Source of the DNA: the human T2T-CHM13v2.0 reference genome, Homo sapiens
Assembly (NCBI RefSeq): GCF_009914755.1
Contig: NC_060945.1
Length of the DNA: 64,000 bases
Direction: 5' to 3' (one strand)
A program made the position numbers and the translations under genes. Numbering within the stretch: the first letter of the stretch is position 1; every line of letters begins with the position of its first letter. The notes below the pieces were generated by a model. It ran no database searches and was not told the DNA's origin. It was given only the letters and a program-made list of their open reading frames with translations. Positions 12,881 to 26,169 of this stretch are shown here, piece after piece.

Positions 12881-14019
12881 GATAGGTCATCCTTGTTGGA
12901 CAATCCTTGTTTTGTTCCCATTAAGCTTTACTTGCCAGTGAGTTCCTTTTCGTCCTTTTGTAGATTCCGTAAGACCCAGAGGGTGAGTCTAGCCAAAGAG
13001 GGAATCAAGCTGGGCTAGCCAAAGAATGTATCCTCTTTGCTCCTAATCTTCTGAAGAATAAGTCACTCCAGAGGCAGGAGGAACCATCTCTGATTGAGCC
13101 AGTGAGCATGTGGCTGGCTGTCCTTATGAGCCCCAGGCCCCACCATCAGAGCTAAGCTTGCCAAGGAATGCGGTGTTCCTTCCATAGCTCTGCTTCAGAT
13201 CTGCTTCCCAGCCCTGTCTGTCCTTCTTGGATTAGGCAGCAGCATTCTAGGAACAAATCCCCTTTGCTCAGCCATGCATCACTGCCTTCCAACTCATTTT
13301 CTGAATCTCACAGTTCTTGTCCCCTCCCTGCTGGTCCTGGCAAGACTGAATTTGTCAGGCCTTGTTGAGTTCCTGTAGCCTGGTGCATGTGGTTAGGACC
13401 TAGGTTGCTTTTGGCTGCTCTAGATATTTTTAAGTACTTTTAATTGATTGGAAAAACATGCTAACTTTGAGTTTTAAAGTATTTGTAATTATACCCCCCC
13501 AAGGCCACTGACTTAGCTGTGGGGTTGTCAAAGAGCCATTAATAAGCAAATTAAAAGGAAGAGGTGGAGCCGTAAAAGCAGTTGCAGAACTAGAAGCCAA
13601 AAGCAGCACTTTCTGTTTAGTGACTGTAATAGCCCTGACTGTGTGTGGACTCCTGAGATGGAGGACAAGTGAACTTACTATGTGTTTGAAAAAATGGTTG
13701 CAGTGGGGCAAATATAAACCTATGCTGTGCCACACTCCTTCAAGGCTGATCTATTTCATGGCCACTTCCAGAATTGTGCAACAGGTGACCTCCAGGATAA
13801 CTATGGCTTATCTTACAGCAACGTAGTTCATCTAGGATAGAAAATTGTACCTTTATCCCTGGTACCTTCTGACTACAGATGACATAGTGCTTGAACCAAT
13901 CCTATCTAATCTCTTTCCACTCATTTTTAGAATAAAAGCCAAGCCTCTCATGGATTGGGATGCCCTTAGAGAAAGAATGCTTATTTCAATGCAGTTGTGT
14001 TACTGCTTCGTGGTGTCAT

Positions 14020-14650
14020 ATATATTAGTCAGTTTCACTGCAATAATATATAGTCTCCAAATCTCAGGGGCTCACGCCAACAAATTTTCATTTCCCACTT
14101 GCATTACATAGTGATGGTCATGCACTGATTGCTACAGTTCTGCTCCCAGTGTCTTCTCTTTCCTGGAATCAGAAACATAGCCATGTATAGTTGGGACTTG
14201 CTATTTTTGTTTCGTAACTGCATTTTTGTACCCAGTAGCTGTCTGCACTCCTTCCCCTTCCCTGTCCTCTTCCCAGCCTCTAGTAACCATCATTTTACTC
14301 TTTACCTCCATGAGTTCAATTGTTTTGATTCCTAAGTCTCACATATGAGTGAGAACCTGCGAAATTTATCTTTCTGTGCCTGGCTTTGGGACTGCTGTTT
14401 TTGTGGCAGAAAGAAAAACAGAGTATTGGCTGGAAAATGTCATGCTTCAAAGTGTTTGCTTGAACTGGCACACTGTCACCTCTGCTTACATTTCACTGGC
14501 CCAGACACCTCATGTTGCCAAGCCTGAAAACATGGCAGAGAAATATTCTCCACGTATGGAGAGGCACCACAAGTCATTCGGAAATGGGTTGGATGTATAA
14601 TCACTTACAGGGAAGAAAGCCAATATGGGGAATAACAGTCCCATCGATCA
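14020..14650 (-). mobile_element. Old MLT1J/K-like MaLR LTR split by a short L1
   Basis: ATTAGTCAG..CCAAATCTCAGGGGCT..GAACTGGCACACTGTCACCTCTGC..CATGTTGCCAAGCC. Confidence 0.65.
14211..14385 (-). mobile_element. Short L1MA 3'UTR fragment with a TSD of about 19-20 bp
   Basis: TTCCCAGCCTCTAGTAACCATCATT..ATGAGTGAGAAC..TCTTTCTGTGCCTGGCTT; flanks TTGGGACTTGCTATTTTTGT and TTGGGACTGCTGTTTTTGT. Confidence 0.85.
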
Positions 14651-15536
14651 TCAGGTTCACATGCTAGACAGGTAACTTCATGAGAAAGGCCATGCTCTGG
14701 ACAGAAGCCTCTGATCCATAAATCTGTCTTTCCTATCCTTGAGTGCTGTTATGTAAGGAAGACAGGGGAGAATAGCTCTTTGATTTTTATATTTGGGAAG
14801 GCCTGTGCCAAGATTCCTTTTATGAGATGGGATCTGTTTTTGTTCTAACACCCTTCAGGTTCACTTATTCCTGCCTTAGACGGTGTCTCCTCTTCTGCAA
14901 ATTGCTCGATTTGTTTGGCTTCATCTTTTGATTGCAGTTGATGGCTTTGGCGTTAATAAATGTTTTGCTCTTCTTTCAGCTGACTCTCAAATGTGCTCTT
15001 GCAGATGCAAAATCACTGTGGTTTGGCATCAGACCAGAAGATGTAGGAATCAGTATCAGCAGAGATGTGGGCTTCTTGGTCCGAGGCAGATTCAAGAAGT
15101 AGAAGATTACAGGAGAAGAGCTAGACATAGGAATAAATGCATCTATTTCCTTGTTTTAAGAGAGACTATAAAAGTTAACATTTTTTTCTTCACTTTCCAC
15201 AGGTGAATCTTTTTTGGACCATTTTGCTGTTTTAGCAGTGTCTTTCTCATGGAACATATAGCTTAGATGGTGAAATTATTTTTCTTAACTTTCAGACTTT
15301 CTGGAAAGTCAAGGAGGATGGGTGTTTCTGATCTGTGACAACAATGAATTTTTTATAATAACTTGAGATAGGAAAAAAATCTGATTGCAGTATATAATAA
15401 TCAGAAAATTTCCTCTTTGCAGAAATCAAAATTACTTCCAGCATATATAAAACAATCTTTGCTAATAAAGTAATACAAACCCTCCAGTTATTATTTATTT
15501 TTATTGGCTTTTTTGTAAAAGTATAGATATTTATAA

Positions 15537-16100
<564 letters not shown>

Positions 16101-16479
16101 TTTTGTGGCATTTGTATTGAATGGAATGAATAACTAAGCCAATGAATGAGCAAAATATACAGTCTTGTTCCAGAAAACAAAAGAACAACAAATGCAGACC
16201 AGGCAATAGATAGGGGGAATGCCTGCCTGCCCCAGTTTCCCAACCTTCTTTCCTTGGCTTTTCTGCCTTCCATGCTGAGTTACCTCATGGACCTGCAGCT
16301 ACTGTGCCAGGACTCCTGGTGTTTGCTTTTTCTCTTCCAACTCCAAGCAATGACAATATCAAGTTTTTTACTCCATGTTAGCACTCTTAGAACCCAATAT
16401 TTTAAAAATTGACTAAAATTCTAAGAGAAAATGTAAAAAGAAAAAAAATTACAACTCCCATTCAAAAGATGAAAAATAA

Positions 16480-17035
16480 CAGCCTACCACTAATTGACAT
16501 TTTCCTGTACGCCGGACACTGTGCAAGGTTTCTACAGACATGGGAAGAGGGATTACTCTCTCCATTTTGGAGGTGTGGAGATGATATGGTTTGACTGTGT
16601 CCCCACCCAAATCTCGTCTTGAATTGTAGCTTCCATAATTCCCACATGTTATGGAAGGGACCCGGTGGGAGTTAATTGAATCCTGGGGGTGATTTCCCTT
16701 ATACTGTTCTTGTGGTAGTGAATAAGTCTCACGAGATCTGATGGTTTTATAAGGGGAAACCCCTTTTGCTTGGCTCTCATACTCTCCTGCCTGCCGCCAT
16801 GTAAGACGTGCCTTTCGCCTTCCGCCATGATTGTGAGGCCTCCCCAGCCACGTGGAACTGTGAGTCCATTAAACCTCTTTTTTTTTTTTTTTTTTTTTTA
16901 AATAAAGCAACTGGTCTTGGGTATGTCTATCAGCAGGATGAAAATGGACTAATACAGGAGCCGAGGCCTGGAAAGAGTTTTCCTTGTCCTGTGTCCCACT
17001 GCTGGTCAGTGGTGAAGCTTGGGATGAGAACAATG
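16480..17035 (-). mobile_element. MIR split by a THE1 LTR
   Basis: GCCGGACACTGTGCAAGG..CCATTTTGGAGGTGTGGAG, resuming CCGAGGCCTGGAAAGAG..CTGGTCAGTGGTGAAGC. Confidence 0.6.
16582..16956 (+). mobile_element. THE1B/C-like solo LTR
   Basis: TGATATGGTTTGACTGTGTCCCCACCCAAATCTC...GGACTAATACA; near-TSD GGAGA/GGAGC. Confidence 0.92.
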
Positions 17036-17402
17036 GTTATTTCATTCTACAACCCATACTTTGAAAAGCAGGCATTGCTAAGTAAAATAATTCTAGTTTA
17101 TGCAGAGAAGAGATTGACTTAGCATAAAGTTCCCTCTTTTGAAGACTCAGTGAGCAGCCTTGCAGCTGCTGCTGTGTAGGCCTTTCACAGTCAGGTTGCC
17201 TGGATTTTCTGCCCATGCATCTGACAGTAGCTCTTCTCCCAGCCATAGGTTACTTGTTTTCAAAACAAACACAGGCTTTTCTTTATAAGTTTTTTTCTGG
17301 TGCTCACCTCTCTCATCCCCTATACCTCTCTTCAACCTAGGCTCTTCCAAAAAGTACATCAGGCAGGTGAAGTTTACACCTCTAACTTCAGAGAAGTGGT
17401 TA

Positions 17403-17722
<320 letters not shown>

Positions 17723-18339
17723 AAAAACCCAAAGCTTGGCTGGTCTGCCTCATCTTATTTCCCAATATTTTCCACTTAGTTTCCCTATGAATCTCTTAGA
17801 TCCTTTAGTGTCTTACTTCTACCCCACCAACAAAAGGAGTAGTGTGTATGAATTAGGATTTTACAATATAAATATACATTTACAGTAACATACTTATAAT
17901 GAGGATGTTTTTCTCTAAAAAGAACTATGCTAACATACTTTATATAATTGCAATGAATTTGTTTTTCACTGTTTATAACTTCTTAAAAAATATACTGGGC
18001 ATGAGAAGACCTATCCAAAAGCAGGAAAATCTTATTTTAAGTGCTGCAATTGTGTCAGTTATGTCATGAAATCATAAATGGTGGCTATCTGTCAAAATGT
18101 GCTATGTTTCCTTAGACATAAGGAAGACAATGAATTTTCAAGATAACTCACTGATGTGTCTTTGTTAAGCTGACATATTTGGAAGAATTCCCAAATAATT
18201 TTCATGGTCAGAGAGATTCTCATTTTGCAAGCTACCCCTAAGCAAGAGGCACTGGGGACTTTGCCCAACCAGTAATATTCAGATGAGTTGCAGATTGTTT
18301 AAGTAGCTAAATCATGTTAATCCTCTTTCCATGTATGGC

Positions 18340-18460
18340 AGCATTTATTTAAAATTATTTATTGAATGCATTCTATGTGCCAGGCCCATTTCCAAGTACT
18401 GGATATTCCTGGTGAACAAATCCTACACATATTACTACCTTTAGGGAGCTTACACTCTGG
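18340..18460 (-). mobile_element. L2 3' end fragment
   Basis: ATTTATTGAATGCATTCTATGTGCCAGGC..GTGAACAAA..GGGAGCTTACACTCT. Confidence 0.7.
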
Positions 18461-18542
18461 CATTAGGCATCAAAACAACACATTCTGGCAAATGAGGCTG
18501 GTAACTTTTAAGGATTAAATAGCTTAGAGTTATCAGAGTGTT

Positions 18543-18836
18543 GACCAGGCATGGTGGCTCATGCCTGTAATCCCAACACTTTGGGAGGCTGAAGTGGGCA
18601 GATCAATGGAGGTCTGGAATTTGATACAAGCCTGGCCAACATGGTGAAACCCGGTCTCTATTAAAAATACAAATATTAGCTGGGCGTGGTAGCAGGCACC
18701 TGTAATCCCAGCTACTTGGGAGGTTAAGGCAGGAGAATGGCTTGAACCCGGGAGGCAGAGGTTGCAGTGAACTGAGATCTAGCCATTGCTCTCCAGCCTG
18801 GGCAATAAGAGTGAAACTCTGTTTCAAAAAAAAAAA
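18543..18836 (+). mobile_element. AluS
   Basis: Full Alu with poly-A; TSD core TTATCAGAGT. Confidence 0.95.
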
Positions 18837-19225
18837 TTATCAGAGAGTAGATTTATGTATTAAGCATCTTTCAAAAGGCCTTACACAGTTACAGTTTACA
18901 TTATTAATGTACTACATTTCTTGGCAAATAATTTATTGCTGTTGGTCTTCCAGTCCCCATTCTATAAGATACATATGCAAAGTCAGGAAACAAAGTAAAC
19001 TTTTCTTAAAACAGTATGTTAGTTATCTTCAAATAATATGCTTTCAGTTGAAGTGGATTTGCTCTAGATTTAAAATAATGGGCCTAATTGCTGATCTAGA
19101 AAAAAATAACTTATAAAACATATTGAGCATCCAAAAATTCTGGCAGCATAGGAAGCTTACTATATTCATTATACTTTTGAAGGGGAATGGAAGTTAAAGA
19201 AATGCAGATTATGTTGTTTGAAAAT

Positions 19226-19647
19226 TATCTGAGTCCATTTGTGTTGCTATAAAGGAATATCTGTGACTGGGTAATTTATAAAGAAAAGAGGTTTATTTGG
19301 CGCACACTTCTGTAGCCCATACAAGAAGCATGGCACCAACATCTGCATCTGGTGAGGGTCTCAGGCTGCTTTCACTCATGGTGGAAGGTGAAGGGAAGTC
19401 AGTGTGTGCAGAAATCATTCAGCAAGAGAAGAAGCAAGAGAGGCAGGAGGTGCCAGGCTCTTTTTAACAATCAGCTCTCACAGGAACTGATAGAGCAAGA
19501 ACTCACTCATTACCATAAGGATAGCACTAAGCCATTCATGAGAAATTCACCCCTATGGCCTAAACACGTCCCCTTAGGCCTCATCTCCAACACTGGGGAT
19601 CAAAGCTCAATGTGAGGTTTGGGGAGACAAACACCCAAACCATAGCA
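19226..19647 (-). mobile_element. MSTB-like MaLR solo LTR
   Basis: GTCCATTTGTGTTGCTATAAAGGAATA..AAGAAGCATGGCACCAACATCTGC..CAAACCATAGCA; near-TSD AAAAT/AACAT. Confidence 0.88.
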
Positions 19648-19671
19648 AACATATAAGTGACATACTGTTAA

Positions 19672-19919
<248 letters not shown>

Positions 19920-20078
19920 TTCACCCCAGTAACTCTCCCCTTAAACAATTGGCAGTTGTAGGAAGGAGCAAAAGATGCACAACTGTGCAGAGAACAAGGG
20001 TAGTATCCCATTACTTGTTATTTAGGATTCCGTGGCATGTACTTATTCTTGAATAATTTACTCAAAAAAAAATGGGAA

Positions 20079-20575
20079 GCTTCCACATCTTGGCGATTAT
20101 ATATAGTGCAGCAGGAACATGGGAATGTGGATATCCCCTCCATAAACTGACTTCCTTTCTTTTGGGTATATACCTAGCAGTGGGATTGCTGGATCGTGTT
20201 GTAGTTCTATTTTTAATTGTTTGTGGAGCATCCATACTATTCTCATAGTGGCTGTGGAGAATAATTTACATTCTAATTTAGTACTAATTTATATTCCCAC
20301 CAACAGCATGCAAGGGTTCCTTTTTCTCCACTTGAATAAGATCTAATATTTAATAGCACAACAGGGTGATTACAGCCAACAACAATTTATTGCACATTTA
20401 AAAATAACTAAAAGAGTATAAACGAAATGTTTGTAACACAAATAAATGATAAATGCTTGAGGTGATGGATACTCGGTTTACCCTAATGTGATTATTACAC
20501 ATTGTATGCCTGTATCAAAATATCTCATGTACCCCATAAATATGTACATCTACTATGTACCCATAATTTTTTTAA
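20079..20575. mobile_element. L1MA 3' end with an inverted 5' segment (20079-20331 minus, 20333-20575 plus)
   Basis: Antisense GGGTATATACCTAGCAGTGGGATTGCTGG joined to sense GAATAAGATCTA..CACAACAGGGTGA..TACTATGTACCCA. Confidence 0.85.
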
Positions 20576-21639
20576 GTAAGCACTTTCAGAAAGGATGCTT
20601 CTCAGAACTCACAAACATTGCATTTTTATACTTTCATAGTTGAAAAATATAAATCAGTTTTGTTAAAGGTGGTGCATTAGAGAGTAGGAAGATGAGGCCC
20701 GGAAGATCTCGTGTATTTTAACATGTTGTTCTCAGGAAGCTTCATATGGATATCTGTAAATTTTAAGAAGCCACCCTAGGATACCCCAAAATAAGTCTGT
20801 GGTCACGCACTGCTCACAAACAGAGCGTAAGGCAGAGGGCACTGTTTCGATGCATCCTCTATCCAGCTGGAAAGCCAGAAATATTATTTTCGTAGTCAAA
20901 TGATTAAAATAGTAATGGTTTATTTACTCTCCCCAAGTGTAGTTGGGAAATACATGAGGTTAAAATTCAGGCATCTGAGTTTCTGTTTCTCCTCCTCCAA
21001 CTATGAAGGTAAGTTGGTCTCTCCCTGTGCCCATTGTGGCAAGTGTCTGCCCAGGCCCTTGACCAGAGAGACAGGAAGCAATGATGACAGAGCCAGGCAA
21101 GCCCAGACCTCACATGAGCCTCCTCTGTAATTTTGGATAGTTCTGGAAACTGGACCATCAGCCTTAATGGCCTATGCTGGGAATCCTGTGCACACCAGGC
21201 CACATTTCTCAGCAGCTTGCCTGTGCCGTGCCCCTAAAAAGAACAGCTCAGACCTGCTCTGCAGGGGCATTTATCTTGTCAGCTGAAGAGGGTGAGCTCA
21301 TTTTAGGCACGTTGCTGTAAACAACTGAAAGATCCACTCTCCTAAGCATAGACCTGACTCAACTATGTCTCTGCAAATGGTCTCCCTTTTGCAACACAAC
21401 TGCACCGAGAAGCTACACACTTTCACCTTCCAGCAGATCTTGGTCAGATACATTGCAGTGAACTTCCCACTCTCTTCCCACTCCTTTCAAACTCAGTCAC
21501 TGAAACCACAACCACCCCACCACTGTAACAACAGAACCAATTTCAATAGTTTGAGGCCATTCCCAAGCTCTATCTCTCAGGCTAGAACAAATGAACAAGC
21601 TCCTTGTGCCATCAGCATTAATATTTGTGGTGTCAAGTG

Positions 21640-21790
21640 GGCATTGTATAGATTTTCCCCACTATCTACACATCAGACTGTGAGGTGGGTAGAAGGGCAT
21701 GATGGCCATTTCACAGATAAGAAAGCCAAGTTAAAATTAGTTGCACAAAGTTATAGCTTACAGCGACAGAATTGGCCCATGAATTCATTA
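21640..21790 (-). mobile_element. MIR fragment
   Basis: CTGTGAGGTGGGTA..CCATTTCACAGATAAGAAAGC. Confidence 0.6.
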
Positions 21791-22172
21791 CCCTTTCATT
21801 CCACTACAGTATCAGTCAAATTTTAAAAACAAGCCCAAAAATATATTTCCATATATGTTTTATTTTCATCCTAGGATTTTGAGCTGTCTTGTTAATATTA
21901 ATTTATTTAAATTTCATAGGAAGAATACTATTGAAGTTTCTATTACTACTTCTGAGTGACTGTATGCTAAAAGGGAATGATATGACTTGCAAATATGTTT
22001 TGAGGAATGTTCTATGAATATGCCTAAAATTCATGGTTTCTACCCAATTAAAATTTTGTATTCATGTGAAATAGTTTAAGAAAGAGAAAATATACCACAT
22101 ATTTTTATTTGATGATTTTTAACAATTATGAAGAAAAAATTGATGAGAAAAAGTACAGACTATACTCTTAGA

Positions 22173-22456
22173 TTTTTTTCTTTTTCTTTTGTTTGTCCTG
22201 TTTTGTTTTGAGACAGGGTGTTGCTCTGTCTCCCAGGCTGTAGTGCCATCATGGTTCATTGCATGCAGCCTTGACCTCCTGGGGTCAAGTGATCCTTCCG
22301 CCACAGCCTTCCGAGTAGCTGGGACTACAGGTGCATGCCACCATGCCTGGCTAATTTTTATTTTTATTTTTATTTTTGTAGAAGCAGGGTCTCACTATGT
22401 TGACCAGGCTGGTCTCTAACTCCTGAGATTACAGGCAGGAGCCACCACGACCAGCC
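22173..22456 (-). mobile_element. AluJ with an internal deletion of about 40 nt in the left monomer
   Basis: GGTCTCACTATGTTG (J diagnostic); AACTCCTG joined directly to AGATTACAGG; TSD CAGACTATA(C/A)TCTTA. Confidence 0.92.
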
Positions 22457-22852
22457 CAGACTATAATCTTAAATACATTTTTCAAATATGTGTTAAGAAC
22501 TAGTTGTGCGCAGGCTACTTTGCTAAAGAGTATCTGTTCATTGGAATGTTCAGTTTTGAGAAAATAATTATTTTATAGGCTTATCAATGGCCATTATCTT
22601 GAGTAAACTAAAATATTTACATTAATGATCTTGAGAGGAGATTGACAACAAAGAGCCAGGTTATAGAGCAATCTTCTCTTGAGCCTGGATTTGTTCGGAT
22701 GAATGATTACATAATGATGTCCAGTGGGAATCGCAGGATGTGACAGCTGTTTGACAGCCTGTCAATTTTACAAATGAAGCAACTGAAGCCAAGTGAAGTT
22801 ATGTCTTGCTCAAGCTTCTAAGGATAAGCTGAGTCTGAAACCTAGATTTTCT

Positions 22853-23355
22853 TTTATTTTTCTTTATTTTAATTTTTATAGATTTAGGAGACACAAGTGC
22901 AATTATGTCACATCAATATAGTGTATGGTGGTGAAGTCTGAGCTTTTAGTGTAACCATCACCTGAATTGTGTACATTGTACCCATTAAGTAATTTTCATC
23001 CGTCACCCCCTTCCCACCCTTCCACCTTTCTGAGTCTGCAGTGTCTACTCTTCTATTCTTTATGTCCACGTACGCACATCATTTAGGCCCCACTTATAAG
23101 TGAGAACATGCAGTATTTGACTTTCTGAGTTATTTCACTTAAGATAATAGACTCTAGTTCCATCCATGTTGCTGCAAAAGACTTGATTTCATTCTTTTTT
23201 ATGGCTGAATAATATTCCATGGTGTGTGTGTGTGTGTCACATTTTCTTTATCCAGTCATCCCTTGACGGACATTTAGGTTGATTTCATATCCTTGATATT
23301 GTGACTAGTGCTTCAATAAACATACAAGTGCAAGTATATTTTGATATGATGATTT
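22853..23355 (-). mobile_element. L1PB-like 3' end inserted in a MIR
   Basis: GGTGAAGTCTGAGCTTTTAGTGTAACCATCACC..CCCACTTATAAGTGAGAACATGC; MIR core at about 22765-22850 resumes after 23355. Confidence 0.85.
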
Positions 23356-25094
23356 CAGGTTTTCTGATAGTAAGCCATTTGCTGGTTTTAGCAAACCCTA
23401 GGATCTCTTCTAAAGGAAAATTTCTCCACCTGGCAGCTTTGCAAAATTTATTCAGGGAAATTAATTTCAGGTTGGCCACTCCCAAGGCTATGCTTCTGCA
23501 GAGAAGAAGTTGGATGTGCTTCTGAGGTATATTTTTTCCCCATCAAGAAATAACACAGGAAATTATAGTAACACATTTTACGTTTAAAATTCATATTTTA
23601 AATTGATTGTACAAGGTGAAAATGGGAAATATTTCTTCACTTGTCTTAAGAATGTCCATATGAAGATTTCTCATACTTTAAAATTTTTATGATAAAGGTG
23701 AAGAAATGTAGCCAGTAAGCTTTGATTTGACCTCTGGTAACAATGCATGTTTCACCATTTTCCAAACTGGGAAACTGGTTTATGTCCTACCTTTCAATTC
23801 CTTATAACTCTACATTTCTTGAGTTAATCAAAAGTAAAAATTGTCCAATGTTATTTCATGTAGTATTCAATTACTATTTCCCATTGACTGTACAATGATT
23901 TTTGTTCACATATAGAAAATAGCTAAAAGTGGGATACATATTGTTGAATGATTATTTTTTCTAATAGAACTTTTGTCTTTTGGTTACATGAACTTCTATT
24001 TTGAGTTTCCAGATAATTTAATTTTTATTTATCTTTAATTTTTTATTTTTATCTATTATTTTAGTAACAGACATTAAGCTTCCTATTGAACATCTCCTAT
24101 TTTCAGTCTATTTACTATTAGATACAGAGACACTGAATCTTTATTCATAAGAGGAAGAGCTTATTTCCTCATTTTTGTCATAGTTCCCAAAGTGCTTTTT
24201 TTAGATGATTTCGTTTCTTCTTCCAAGAAGAAAATTGGTCAACCTTCCTTTAAAAGTTATATTGTACATCAAGTGTTCTGATGTTTCATTGAGTCATAAA
24301 TGAGAAACAGAATTTATTATAACATAGCTTTCATTCTGTGTGGAGAGCTGTGTGGGTGGGTATTAGCATTATTTATTTATTTATTTATTTTTTAAAAAGA
24401 CAAACTCTCCTTTATTCTCCTGTTCCAGATTCTATAAATCTGGAGTTCCATCTGAGCTCCTGAAATCATGTAATTTATATCCATCTCTGCTTTCCTGATA
24501 AGAAGGCTATATGCAGAGATTTTTAGAACAAGACTTGTTCAGCTTGAGCTAGAACTAAAATTTTTATTTATTTTCACACTTAAAGTAAACCTTTCCAGCT
24601 TTCAAATTTTTTTTCCTATAATCTGATTATTTGGTGAAGAATAAAAATAAGAAGCCAGAACTTTGTTTTTAAAAAGCATTAAGTATGAGTATGTATTTAA
24701 AAAAAAAATTCAGTAATGATTGATAGTGATATCTATTTTACCATAGTGACATTGAAGAGGTTTTAATATCTTACTGTATTAGGTATTCTCAAATATTTTC
24801 AACTTTAAACCTTCAAAATTCATTCAGAAATTATTTACGTGTCTTCTTTATGATTAGGATTCTGTATAAGAATTCATTTGAAAGAGATTCCCACTTCTTT
24901 AAAAATTTGAAACCATCACTTAGAAGACTTTCTTTTTCCATTGTAAAGTACCACATTTTTATTAACAATATTTAGAACACATAAAAGACTTAAAACATGC
25001 CAATGATCCCAGCTATACACAACCACTGTTGATGTGTAGTATTTCTTTTTCTTTTCTTAAACATTTTCTCCCCTCTATATGTTTTTACTTATTG

Positions 25095-26041
25095 ATTGGT
25101 TAAACTTCAACTTTTATTTTAGACACAGGAGGTCCATGTGCAGATTTGTTACATGGCTATATTTCATCCAGGTAATAAGCATAGTACCTAATAGGTAGTT
25201 TTTCAATCCACACTCTCTCCCTCTCCCTCTCCATCTCTAGTAGTCCACAGTGTCTCTTTTTTCCCTGTTTATGTCCATGTGTGCTCAATGTTTAGCTCCC
25301 ACTTGTAAGTGAGAGCATGTGGTATTTGGTTTTCTGTTCCTGCATTAGTTTGCTTAGGATTATGGCCTCCAGCTCTGTCCATGTTCCTGTGAAAGACATG
25401 ATGTCATTCTTTTTTATGGCTGCATAGTATTCCATGGTATGTAGGTATTGCATTTTCTTTGTCTAATCCACCACTGATGGGCATCTAGGTTGATTCCATG
25501 TCTTTGCTATTGTGAATAGTGTAGTGATGAACATATGAGTGCATGTGTCTTTTGAGTATAATGATCTTATTTTCCTTTAGGTATACACCCAGTAATGGGA
25601 TTGCTAGGTTGAACAGTAGCTCTGTTTTAAGTTCTTAGAGAAATCTCTGAACTGCTTTCCACAGTGGCTTAACTAATTTTCAGTTCCACCAACAGTGTAT
25701 GTGTTCTTTTTTCTTTGCAGCCTTCCAGAATTTTCTTTTTGACTTTTTAATAATAACCATTCTGACTGGTTTGTGATGATATTTCACTGTGGTTTTGATT
25801 TGCATTTATCTGATGATCTGTGATGATGAGTATTTTTTCATAGTTTGTTGGCTGCTTGTATATCTTCTTTTGAGAAGTATCTGTTCATCTCCTTTGCCAG
25901 TTTTTTAATGGAATTTTTTTTTGTTGTTGATTTAAGTTCCTAATAGATTTTGGATATTAGACTTTTGCTGAATGCACAGTTTGCAAATATTTTCTCCCAT
26001 TCTGTAGGGTGTCTGTTTACTTTATTGGTAGTTTCTTTTGC
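25095..26041 (-). mobile_element. L1PA13-16-like 3' end
   Basis: CATGTGCAGATTTGTTACATGG..TTTAGCTCCCACTTGTAAGTGAG..TTTGCAAATATTTTCTCCCATTCTGTAGG. Confidence 0.88.
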
Positions 26042-26169
26042 TTCTCCGTATATATATTTTTAAAACATTTTGATAATTATAGTATATATGTATTTTTCCA
26101 TGCCTTAATTTTATATGTATTTTCCATAGAATTATTATATCAGTATTATCATATCTCTGGGAAAGAGAT

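Noticed and set aside
21365-21826. 153-aa ATG-initiated ORF
   Set aside because: No recognisable domain, the 3' part is antisense MIR, and the length is compatible with chance in 64 kb.
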